The notes beneath the pieces were generated by a model. That model was not told the origin of the DNA, made no database searches, and saw nothing but the letters and a program-made list of their open reading frames with translations. The translations under genes and the position numbers were made by a program. A stretch of DNA of 57,549 bases, the filler included. It is 5 parts of 5 records of this genome, joined end to end, with 100 filler letters (N's around TTAATTAATTAA, not from the genome) between each part and the next. Parts side by side here need not be neighbours in the genome. Positions count along the whole stretch, not along the records: positions 1 to 10,962 come from SRR20825019_3150; positions 11,063 to 17,759 come from SRR20825019_3151; 3 more parts are not named here. One strand, given 5' to 3'. This document shows positions 8,838 to 17,859 of the stretch, piece after piece. The number at the start of each line of letters is the position of its first letter. Position 1 is the first letter of the stretch.

Positions 8838-10453
8838 CGGCACTCTACAGCCCGACTCTCGTTGACGACTTCCTGGCGCATCACTGGCGCTTCCACCCCG
8901 TGGACGCGACCTTTATGGGTGACACGTCCCACGATCCCATGCTGCCGCCGGCGGGTCCCGAAACGCTGGCTGAGGAGCTGGCCGGCATCGACACCCTGCT
9001 GGCGCGCCTTGAAAGCAGCGAAACGCCTGAAGACATCGGCGACCGGCTTGATCGCCGCATGATGATGGCGGAGTTGCGCATGCAGCGCCTTGCCGCCGAA
9101 ACACGGCCGCGCCTGCACAATCCTGCCTGGTACTCTGGCGAGGCCGCCTTCTCGATCATCTCGCTGCTCTTGCCGCAATCCATGCCCATCCGGCATGAGG
9201 CGCTGGTCGCGCGGCTCGCTGGCATCGATGGTTTTCTGCGTGCCGCCATTGAACGCCTTGAGGGCATCCCGGCGCCGCAGGGCTGGGTGAAACGCGCGCA
9301 AAAGGAAGCGACGGCCATGGCCGGCTTCCTGCGCACCGATATCAGCCTGCATGAAGAATTTGCCGACGGCTGGGCCGAACCCGCCCGCCGCGCCGCCGAT
9401 GCCTTCGAGGCTTTTGCCGAAGCGCTGCAGGGCCAGCCGGATGCCAACCCGGCTTGTGGCGAGACCTATCTCACCCAGCTCATGGCAGAGCTGCATGGCC
9501 TGCCAATGTCGCCCCGCGAAGCCGCGGAGATGGCTGAACTCGCCTATAAGCGCATGGGCGAGGAAATGGCCGAAATGGCCCGGGCCATCGATCCGCAACG
9601 CTCGGCTGACGACATCCTTGCCGGCCTTTCCAATATTCATCCCGCTGACCCCGAAGCCGTCTTTGACAGCTATATGGATTGGGACCTGCAGGCGGTGGCT
9701 CAGGGCGCCGGGCTCGTCACCCCGGCGCAGGAATACGATCTCGATTATCGCTGGATGGCCCCCTGCTTCCGCAAGATCAGCCAGCCGCTCTATTTCCTCT
9801 TCTATCGTTCGCCCCCCGGCCTCAATCCCGGCGCCGGCAGCGTCTATTGGGTTATTCCGCCCGGCGAGGACGAGGCGGCATTCCTGCGCGGCAACAATAC
9901 CGCCATGGTCAAGACCATCCATTCGGTCCACCACGGCAGCATCGGTCACCACACGCAGAACACCCGCGCCCGCGCCGCTGCGTCACGCCTTGCGCGGATC
10001 GCCGGGACCGATTGTGCGCTGGGTCTTGCCTTCCTCGGCTCCGGCACGCTGATCGAAGGCTGGGCCTGTTATGTCGAAGACCTGCTGATGGAAGTACCGG
10101 GCTTCTACTCCCCGGAGGAAATCCTGCTGCTCAAGCAATTCGAGCGCCGCAATGCCGCCAGCGTGCTCGTCGACATCAAGCTGCATCTGGGCGACTGGAC
10201 CAGCGAACAGGCAATGGATTTCTACCGCGAGGCTGGCTTCGCGCCGGCCCGGGTCGAGGGCGAAGTGGTGCGCAACTCCATGCTCCCGGGCTCGCGCCTC
10301 ATGTACTGGCTGGGGGTCGAAGGCATCAAGTCCTTGCGAAAGCGCTGGAAGGGCGACACGCTCAGTTTCCACGACACACTTCTCAGCTTTGGCCACGTGC
10401 CGCTGGCCTGGATCGCCGAGGAAATGGAACAGGCGGGGCAGCTCAACCCATGA
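8834..10453 (+). CDS. DUF885 family protein, HHGxxGHH variant
   Basis: N-terminal HPVDATFMG...HD..LP, then HHGSIGHHTQ, IEGWACYVE, VDIKLH and MYWLG. ATGA overlap with the upstream stop. Confidence 0.8.
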   Translation: MTALYSPTLVDDFLAHHWRFHPVDATFMGDTSHDPMLPPAGPETLAEELAGIDTLLARLESSETPEDIGDRLDRRMMMAELRMQRLAAETRPRLHNPAWYSGEAAFSIISLLLPQSMPIRHEALVARLAGIDGFLRAAIERLEGIPAPQGWVKRAQKEATAMAGFLRTDISLHEEFADGWAEPARRAADAFEAFAEALQGQPDANPACGETYLTQLMAELHGLPMSPREAAEMAELAYKRMGEEMAEMARAIDPQRSADDILAGLSNIHPADPEAVFDSYMDWDLQAVAQGAGLVTPAQEYDLDYRWMAPCFRKISQPLYFLFYRSPPGLNPGAGSVYWVIPPGEDEAAFLRGNNTAMVKTIHSVHHGSIGHHTQNTRARAAASRLARIAGTDCALGLAFLGSGTLIEGWACYVEDLLMEVPGFYSPEEILLLKQFERRNAASVLVDIKLHLGDWTSEQAMDFYREAGFAPARVEGEVVRNSMLPGSRLMYWLGVEGIKSLRKRWKGDTLSFHDTLLSFGHVPLAWIAEEMEQAGQLNP

Positions 10454-10962
10454 CAGACCAGACCACGCCGCTGCTCGACATCAAGGGCTTAGTCACCGAG
10501 TTCAGCACCGAAACCGGGCTGGTACGTGCCGTCAAAGGCGTGGACCTGACCATCGGACAAGGTGAGACCGTCGCCCTGGTGGGGGAAAGCGGCTCGGGCA
10601 AGTCCGTCACCAGCCTTTCGGTCATGCGCCTGATCCCCAAGGGTATCGGCGCCATCGCGGGCGGCGAAATGCTGTTCCGCACACGGACCGGCCAGGTCGT
10701 CGATCTCGTCAAGCAACCCGAAAACGCCATGCGCGCCATTCGCGGCAACGAGATCGGGATGATTTTTCAGGAGCCGATGACCTCGCTCAACCCGACCCAG
10801 AAAGTCGGTGCGCAGATCGCAGAAGCGGCGCGCCTGCATCAGGGGCTGACGCGCAAGCAGGCCTGGGCCCGCGCCATCGAAATGCTGGCGCTGGTCGAAA
10901 TTCCCGATCCGGCCCGCCGTGCCGATGTCTATCCGCACCAGATGTCGGGCGGCATGCGCCAG
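10450..10962 (+). CDS. Dipeptide/oligopeptide-type ABC transporter ATP-binding protein (OppD/DppD-like), 3'-truncated at contig end
   Basis: ATG at 10450 overlaps the upstream TGA. Walker A GESGSGKS, IFQEPMTSLNP and YPHQMSGGMRQ. Confidence 0.93.
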
Positions 10963-11062
10963 NNNNNNNNNNNNNNNNNNNNNNNNNNNNNNNNNNNNNN
11001 NNNNNNTTAATTAATTAANNNNNNNNNNNNNNNNNNNNNNNNNNNNNNNNNNNNNNNNNNNN
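10963..11062. other. Artificial contig spacer
   Basis: 44 N + TTAATTAATTAA (stops in all six frames) + 44 N. GC content and taxon change across it. Confidence 0.99.
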
Positions 11063-11356
11063 TCTAATTGGTCCAACACGGTTAGTATCATACTTAACCT
11101 GAATAGAGCTACTAGCACCTGGAGCAATTGGTCCTTCTGGTTTCTTAGGGACAGTACAGCCACAGCTAGATTTTACATCAGTAATAATAAGGGGAGCATC
11201 TCCAGTGTTTGTAAATTCAAACACACGAACACCATCACTACCTTTTTCAATTGAACCGTAGTCTACAGTGTCTTCCTTGAAAGTAATTTTTGCTTGTTGT
11301 GCTTGTGCGGCAAAACCGATAAAGGCAACAAGAGCCATAAGAGCTAATTTTTTCAT
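11063..11356 (-). CDS. DUF1573 domain secreted protein, 3'-truncated
   Basis: Signal peptide, then FEFTNTGDAPLIITDVKSSCGCTVP, the DUF1573 signature of Bacteroidota. Confidence 0.9.
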
Positions 11357-11443
11357 GATTTTGTTTTTTAATTATTGTAAAAGTATAGAACTTTAAACAT
11401 TCTGCAAAATAACTTATTCCTTTTATTATCCTGTAGATATATT

Positions 11444-11451
11444 TACTTTTG
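11444..11451 (+). promoter_or_regulatory. Bacteroidota -7 promoter element for valS
   Basis: TACTTTTG matches the TAnnTTTG consensus and lies 30 nt upstream of the valS ATG. Confidence 0.6.
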
Positions 11452-11480
11452 CATTGATTACTCAAATATCAGACCAAACT

Positions 11481-14111
11481 ATGGCAATAGAAGCAAAATA
11501 TAATGCAAAAGAGATTGAAAACAAGTGGTATAGCTACTGGATGGAAAATAATTATTTCCATTCTGAAGTTGATGACAGAACGCCATACACCATAGTCATT
11601 CCGCCACCAAACGTAACAGGGGTGCTTCATATGGGGCATATGCTTAACAATACATTGCAAGATGTTCTTATTCGTCGTGCGCGTTTACAAGGGTTTAATG
11701 CGTGTTGGGTACCTGGAACAGATCATGCTTCAATCGCAACGGAAGCAAAAGTTGTTGCAAAATTAAAGGCCGATGGAATTGATAAAGCCAAACTTTCTCG
11801 TGAAGAATTTTTAGAACACGCTTGGGAATGGACACACAAGCATGGTGGGATAATTCTTGAACAATTAAAAAAACTTGGTGCTTCCTGTGATTGGGAACGC
11901 ACTAAATTCACAATGGATCCAGAAATGTCTGCTTCTGTGATAAAAGTTTTCGTGGATTTATATAATAAAGGAAACATTTATCGTGGTTATAGAATGGTAA
12001 ATTGGGATCCACAAGCGAAAACAACGCTTTCCGATGAAGAAGTTATTTATGAAGAAAAACAGGGAAACCTTTATTACTTAAACTATAAAATTGAAGGAAG
12101 TGATGATACTCTAACCATTGCTACCACCCGTCCTGAAACCATTTTGGGCGATACTGCAATCTGTATAAACCCAAATGATGCGCGTTTTGCACACCTTCGC
12201 GGTAAAAAAGCAATCGTTCCTGTTTGCAATCGCAGTATTCCAATCATAGAAGACGAATATGTAGATGTTGAATTCGGTACAGGATGTTTAAAAGTTACCC
12301 CTGCTCATGATGAAAATGACAAGATGCTAGGGGATAAGCATAAGCTTGAAATTATTGATATTCTTAACAATGATGGTACTTTAAATAGCTTTGGACTTCA
12401 TTATGAAGGGAAAGACCGTTTTGTAGTTCGTAAAGAAATTGTAAAAGAACTAGAAGAAATGGGTGTGGTTTCAAAAATTGAAACACATACGCATAAAGTA
12501 GGAACCAGTGAACGCACAGGAGCAGTAATAGAGCCTAAATTGAGCGACCAATGGTTTTTAAAAATGAAAGAATTAGCGCAACCTGCTTTGGATGCCGTTC
12601 TTGAAAAAGATGTAAACTTAGTTCCTGAAAAGTTTATAAACACTTACCGTCACTGGATGGAAAATGTACGCGATTGGAATATCTCCCGTCAACTTTGGTG
12701 GGGACAACAAATTCCAGCATATTTTTATGGAGATGGTAAAGAAGATTTTGTAGTTGCCGAAACTATTGACGAAGCTTTAATACTTGCAAAAGAGAAAACC
12801 AATAACCAACAATTATCAACCAACAACCTAAAACAAGATCCAGATGCTCTAGATACTTGGTTTTCATCCTGGTTATGGCCTATAAGTGTTTTTAATGGAA
12901 TCTTGGAGCCTGATAATAAAGAAGTAAATTACTATTACCCAACCAACGATTTGGTTACTGCCCCAGAAATATTATTTTTCTGGGTAGCACGAATGATTAT
13001 TGCTGGTTATGAATATAGAAATGAGAAACCATTTACAAATGTTTATTTAACAGGAATTGTTCGCGATAAGCAACGTAGAAAAATGAGTAAGTCTCTTGGT
13101 AATTCACCAGACCCAATAGATTTAATGAACGTTTATGGGGCCGATGGCGTGCGTGTGGGGATGCTTTTAAGTTCGCCTGCTGGGAATGATTTAATGTTTG
13201 ATGAAGACCTTTGTAAGCAAGGAAGTGCATTTGTAAATAAAATCTGGAATGCCTACCGTTTAATAGATGGATGGGAAGTTTCTGTAGCAATGGAACAGTC
13301 GCAAAGCGATATCATAGCATTGCAATGGTATAGAAGCAAATTCCAGAAAACTCTTGCAGAGATTGAAGACCATTACAGTAAATATAGAATTAGTGATGCT
13401 TTAATGGCAACCTATAAGCTAGTTTGGGACGATTTCTGCTCGTGGTTGTTAGAAATGGTTAAACCACCTTTCGGTGAAAAAATTTCAGCGAAAACCTATT
13501 CGGCGGTTATTTCCATCTTAGAAGATAATCTGAAAATACTTCACCCTTTTGTGCCTTTTATTTCAGAAGAAATTTGGCAACATATAGCAAAACGTGAGAT
13601 TTCGGAAGCATTGATTGTTTCTGAATGGCCTAAAGCTGAAAAGTATAACGAAGCGGTAATAAAAAACTTTGAATTTGCTTCTGAAGTAATTTCTGGAATT
13701 AGAACGATTCGTAAAGAGAAAAATATTTCATTTAAAGATACAATCGAACTTTCAGTTTTAAATAATGAAAATGCTTCAAAAGATTTTGATGCTGTAATTT
13801 CAAAATTAGGGAATATTTCAGCGTTAAATTATATTTCAGAAAAGCTAGATGGCGCACTTACTTTTCGTGCAAAAAGCAATGAATATTTCGTGCCAATTAT
13901 GGGCGCAATCAACATTGATGAAGAAATTGAAAAGCTTTCTGAAGAATTAAAATATACCGAAGGTTTCCTAAAAAGTGTACAAGGAAAGCTTAAAAACGAA
14001 CGTTTTGTAAGCGGTGCTCCAGAACAAGTTGTAGCGCTTGAAAGACAAAAGGAAGCAGATGCACTTGCAAAGATTGAAACTTTGAAAGCAAGTTTGGCAG
14101 GATTAAAGTAA
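11481..14111 (+). CDS. valS: Valine--tRNA ligase
   Basis: PPPNVTGVLHMGH (HIGH-like), DWNISRQLWWG, KMSKS and a C-terminal coiled coil. Confidence 0.98.
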   Translation: MAIEAKYNAKEIENKWYSYWMENNYFHSEVDDRTPYTIVIPPPNVTGVLHMGHMLNNTLQDVLIRRARLQGFNACWVPGTDHASIATEAKVVAKLKADGIDKAKLSREEFLEHAWEWTHKHGGIILEQLKKLGASCDWERTKFTMDPEMSASVIKVFVDLYNKGNIYRGYRMVNWDPQAKTTLSDEEVIYEEKQGNLYYLNYKIEGSDDTLTIATTRPETILGDTAICINPNDARFAHLRGKKAIVPVCNRSIPIIEDEYVDVEFGTGCLKVTPAHDENDKMLGDKHKLEIIDILNNDGTLNSFGLHYEGKDRFVVRKEIVKELEEMGVVSKIETHTHKVGTSERTGAVIEPKLSDQWFLKMKELAQPALDAVLEKDVNLVPEKFINTYRHWMENVRDWNISRQLWWGQQIPAYFYGDGKEDFVVAETIDEALILAKEKTNNQQLSTNNLKQDPDALDTWFSSWLWPISVFNGILEPDNKEVNYYYPTNDLVTAPEILFFWVARMIIAGYEYRNEKPFTNVYLTGIVRDKQRRKMSKSLGNSPDPIDLMNVYGADGVRVGMLLSSPAGNDLMFDEDLCKQGSAFVNKIWNAYRLIDGWEVSVAMEQSQSDIIALQWYRSKFQKTLAEIEDHYSKYRISDALMATYKLVWDDFCSWLLEMVKPPFGEKISAKTYSAVISILEDNLKILHPFVPFISEEIWQHIAKREISEALIVSEWPKAEKYNEAVIKNFEFASEVISGIRTIRKEKNISFKDTIELSVLNNENASKDFDAVISKLGNISALNYISEKLDGALTFRAKSNEYFVPIMGAINIDEEIEKLSEELKYTEGFLKSVQGKLKNERFVSGAPEQVVALERQKEADALAKIETLKASLAGLK

Positions 14112-14115
14112 ACAT

Positions 14116-14155
14116 AAAACGCCCTTACACACTTTGAAGTGTAAGGGCTTTTTTT
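14116..14155. terminator. Intrinsic terminator, probably bidirectional, between convergent valS and ACBP
   Basis: 10-bp stem GCCCTTACAC/GTGTAAGGGC (14121-14148), followed by T7 and preceded by an A-run. Confidence 0.85.
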
Positions 14156-14174
14156 AAGTTATTTTAAACGTATT

Positions 14175-14441
14175 TTATTTTCTGTACAAAAAATAATGAT
14201 TTACTGCTTCAACATAAAGTGTTTTGGCTTCATCTGGAGTTAAGTTTTTTGCTTGAAAAAGGGCATTGGTTTTAAAAGCAGTTATCAATGGGTTGTTGCT
14301 GCTGGGTAAATCTTGATCACCCGTAGCTTTTTTGTAATAAGAGTATAGCCGTAATAAAAAATCTGCTGGAAAAGGTTCTGTATGCTCGTTTATGCTAGCT
14401 ACAGCGGTTCTAAAAGCGATATCTAATTCTTCCGAAGTCAT
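14175..14441 (-). CDS. Acyl-CoA-binding protein (ACBP) family
   Basis: 88 aa with LLRLYSYYKKATGD and EAKTLYVEAV, the ACBP four-helix pattern. Confidence 0.8.
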   Translation of the reverse strand: MTSEELDIAFRTAVASINEHTEPFPADFLLRLYSYYKKATGDQDLPSSNNPLITAFKTNALFQAKNLTPDEAKTLYVEAVNHYFLYRK

Positions 14442-15091
14442 TATTTTTCTGCAATTATAGAAATCCCTCCTTTTACCTTTTGGTTCAGTTGAACGTTTAC
14501 TTTGGTGCCAATAGGGAGATACACATCTACGCGCGAGCCAAATTTTATAAAACCACTGTCGCTGGCTTGTGAAACTTCAGTGTTTGGTTCAGCATAATTA
14601 ACAATTCGCTTTGCTAAAGCTCCAGCTATTTGGCGGTATAAGATTTCACCAAAAGCTTCGTTTTTTACAACAACTGTGGTGCGTTCGTTTTCTTCAGATG
14701 ATTTTGGGTGCCAAGCAACTAAGTATTTTCCAGGATGGTATTTGCTATAAACCACTTTTCCACCAACTGGGTATCGGGTTACGTGTACATTAATTGGAGA
14801 CATAAAGACAGAAACCTGCAACCTTTTGTCTTTGAAATATTCTTTTTCAAAAACTTCTTCAATAACTACTACTTTTCCATCAACAGGAGAAAGAACATTG
14901 TCTGGTTGTACTAAAAAATTTCTTTTAGGATTTCTAAAAAATTGTAATACTAAAAGAAGAATTACTATTAATGAAATAATAATACCACCACGAATGGTAG
15001 TGTTTTCAACAAAAAAATTTGCTAAAAGACTAGCTCCGATAACGATAACTAGTGCTGTAAAAATAATTTTAAAACCTTCTTTATGAAACAT
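14441..15091 (-). CDS. psd: Phosphatidylserine decarboxylase proenzyme (PSD-A type)
   Basis: FFRNP, SPVDGKVV, FMSPINVH, ENER and the FGSRVD self-cleavage site. ATG at 15091. Confidence 0.95.
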   Translation of the reverse strand: MFHKEGFKIIFTALVIVIGASLLANFFVENTTIRGGIIISLIVILLLVLQFFRNPKRNFLVQPDNVLSPVDGKVVVIEEVFEKEYFKDKRLQVSVFMSPINVHVTRYPVGGKVVYSKYHPGKYLVAWHPKSSEENERTTVVVKNEAFGEILYRQIAGALAKRIVNYAEPNTEVSQASDSGFIKFGSRVDVYLPIGTKVNVQLNQKVKGGISIIAEK

Positions 15092-15914
15092 TGTCAACTA
15101 TCAATAAAAATGCATAAACAAATGGGCTTGCGTAAATAATGCTGTCTAGCCGGTCATAGAGCCCTCCGTGGCCAGGCATAATAATACCGCTGTCTTTAAC
15201 ACCGGCTTGTCTTTTAAACTTTGATTGAATTAAATCGCCAATAGTTCCAAAAATAGCAACTATAATTGCCATTGTAATCCAAACCCAAAGTGGATATTTT
15301 TCAGCATCCATTGGTCTGTAATTTTCCAACAGCTTAAAGATAACAATTCCTGCTAAAAGAGCGCCAATCATTCCACCCACAAAACCTTCAATAGTCTTTT
15401 TTGGTGAAATACGCTCTAATAGTTTATGTTTTCCAAAGTTTTTTCCTACAAGATATGCGAAGGTGTCGTTACACCAAATGAGTATAAAAACTGCTACAAT
15501 TAGTTCGGGAATAAACTTACCGTCCACATCCATAATGGGTATAAGTGTAAGAAAAACAAAGCCGCTAATAATGTATAGAATTACGGTAACGTATTTCTTT
15601 TTTTCAAACATGGGTATTTTGCTTGTCCATAATACGTCTTTAAGTAAAAAAAGATTTACAAAACCGCTTAAAATCAAGAAAAGATACACCGCATTAATAT
15701 CAAAAACACGATAACTTAAAAAATAAAAAGCTGCTGCAAGTAGAAAGTAGGCTAAGTAACTTGTTAAATGTACAAGCTTTAAGTATTCACTTAATGTGAT
15801 AACAGCAAGTACAAAAAAAAGTCCCATAAACCATTCACGAGATGTGAACATTGCAAAGATGATGATCGAAATGTATAATACGCCCGAGAGGGTTCGTACA
15901 AGAATTTCCTTCAT
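15081..15914 (-). CDS. cdsA: Phosphatidate cytidylyltransferase
   Basis: NDTFAYLVG, ISPKKTIEG and SKFKRQAGVKDSGIIMPGHGGLYDRLDS. ATG at 15914. Confidence 0.95.
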   Translation of the reverse strand: MKEILVRTLSGVLYISIIIFAMFTSREWFMGLFFVLAVITLSEYLKLVHLTSYLAYFLLAAAFYFLSYRVFDINAVYLFLILSGFVNLFLLKDVLWTSKIPMFEKKKYVTVILYIISGFVFLTLIPIMDVDGKFIPELIVAVFILIWCNDTFAYLVGKNFGKHKLLERISPKKTIEGFVGGMIGALLAGIVIFKLLENYRPMDAEKYPLWVWITMAIIVAIFGTIGDLIQSKFKRQAGVKDSGIIMPGHGGLYDRLDSIIYASPFVYAFLLIVDNVS

Positions 15915-15915
15915 A

Positions 15916-16527
15916 TTATAAGTCTTCCAGTAACAACAAATATAGGTTTTTTGTGCTACTTCCATAACTCATAAAATCTTTTTCTTTTTCAGTTTCAAAG
16001 TCTTGAATGGTAGTGATGTTGCTAGGAATGTAACCTGTACTTTGGTTTTTTATGTTTCTTAAACCTTCACTTATGGTATCTACTAACTGACTAGTAGTAG
16101 CAAAAACCACAAAGTTAGAAGGGAGTTCATTTAGCTTTTTTTCTTTAATTTGATTGGAAGAAAGCAAAATAGACCCGTTGTTTGATACTAAAGATTCACA
16201 AGTAGAGAGGAAAAAAGTGGATTCAATATTTTTGACGAAATTAAGATTGAAGCCATCAAATTTTTTGCAAAGCTGTTCATTTATGCAATAAACATCTTGC
16301 TCATACCAATCGTTTTCCAGCATTATGTTGTCAAAATACTCCTTTACTTCTTCCCAGTTTTCACAATAAATAAATTTACCTCCATTCTTTTTGAAGTTAA
16401 AAGTAAATTTTTCATCAATAGGAAGTTTTTGCTCAGGGTAATAGCTACTATGGTCAACGTTGTCGGCACGCTTGGCCTTCTCGTCCGATTTATAGTTTGG
16501 ATTTAAAAGTCTTTTAAATAGACTCAT
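15916..16527 (-). CDS. LUD (lactate utilization/DUF162) domain protein
   Basis: FKKNGGKFIYC, TCESLVSNNGSILLSS, LPSNFVVFA and PSNITTI resemble the LUD domain. Confidence 0.7.
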   Translation of the reverse strand: MSLFKRLLNPNYKSDEKAKRADNVDHSSYYPEQKLPIDEKFTFNFKKNGGKFIYCENWEEVKEYFDNIMLENDWYEQDVYCINEQLCKKFDGFNLNFVKNIESTFFLSTCESLVSNNGSILLSSNQIKEKKLNELPSNFVVFATTSQLVDTISEGLRNIKNQSTGYIPSNITTIQDFETEKEKDFMSYGSSTKNLYLLLLEDL

Positions 16528-16615
16528 TAATACTTCATTGAGGAGTTCATAAATACGTCAATCTTCAAATATATAAAATCTATATTGAAGTTTTACAGCT
16601 TAAAAGCAAAAAGAC

Positions 16616-17759
16616 TTAATTTGTTGTAACTCTTGTAGCCTCTTCAGGTACTTGAAAAGGACGATCGCCAAATATTTTTTGAAGATTGTCTTTGAAAATA
16701 ACTTCTTTTTCAAGAAGTACATTTGCCAATTCAGTTAACTTGTCTTTGTTCTCTTCCAATAGTTTTATAGCTCGATCGTATTGACTTTCTATGAGTAAAG
16801 AAATTTCTTTATCAATAAGTTCGGCAGTTTTTTCACTGTAGGGTTTAGAGAAGTTGTATTCTGATTGTCCGCTACTGTCATAATACGTAAGGTTTCCAAT
16901 CTTATCATTCAACCCATATATAGTGACCATCGCTCTTGCTTGTTTGGTTACTTTTTCTAAGTCACTCAATGCGCCAGTAGAAATTCTATTAAAAATTACT
17001 TTTTCAGCAGCACGACCACCAAGGGCAGCGCACATTTCATCGAGCATTTGCTCTGGGCGAATAATTAGTCTTTCTTCAGGTAGATACCAAGCTGCGCCCA
17101 AAGATTGCCCACGTGGAACAATTGTAACTTTCACTAAAGGTGCGGCATGCTCGAGCATCCAGCTTACAGTTGCGTGACCTGCTTCATGGTATGCAATGGC
17201 ACGTTTTTCGTCCATTGTCATTATTTTATTTTTCTTTTCAAGACCACCTACAATTCTATCTACCGCATCAAGAAAGTCTTGTTTTCCTACAGATTTTTTG
17301 CCATTTCGAGCAGCGATAAGTGCAGCTTCATTACATACATTTGCAATGTCGGCGCCAGAGAACCCTGGGGTTTGCTTTGAAAGAAAATCAGTATCTAGGT
17401 TATCGTCCTTTTTTATTGGGCGTAAATGCACTTCAAAAATCTCTTTACGTTCACGAACGTCTGGAAGATCTACATAAATTTGCCTATCAAAACGCCCAGC
17501 ACGCATTAATGCTTTGTCTAACACATCTGCACGGTTGGTTGCAGCAAGTACAATTACGTTTGTATTTGTGCCAAAACCATCCATTTCTGTTAATAGTTGG
17601 TTTAATGTGTTTTCACGTTCATCATTGCTTCCTGAAAAATTATTTTTTCCACGAGCACGACCAATAGCATCAATTTCATCAATAAAAATAATTGCTGGAG
17701 ACTTGTCTTTTGCTTGTTTAAAAAGATCGCGTACACGTGATGCTCCTACACCCACAAAC
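16616..17759 (-). CDS. ftsH: ATP-dependent zinc metalloprotease FtsH, 5'-truncated
   Basis: Walker B IIFIDEID, SRH motif ATNRADVLDKALMRAGRFDR, zinc motif HEAGH and STGALSD. Confidence 0.97.
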
Positions 17760-17859
17760 NNNNNNNNNNNNNNNNNNNNNNNNNNNNNNNNNNNNNNNNN
17801 NNNTTAATTAATTAANNNNNNNNNNNNNNNNNNNNNNNNNNNNNNNNNNNNNNNNNNNN
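17760..17859. other. Artificial contig spacer
   Basis: 44 N + TTAATTAATTAA + 44 N. Confidence 0.99.

Noticed and set aside
9679-10449. Apparent 257-aa N-terminal extension or fusion on the ABC ATPase ORF
   Set aside because: It is an off-frame overlap with the DUF885 gene and has low-complexity Arg/Pro composition. The real start is the coupled ATG at 10450.
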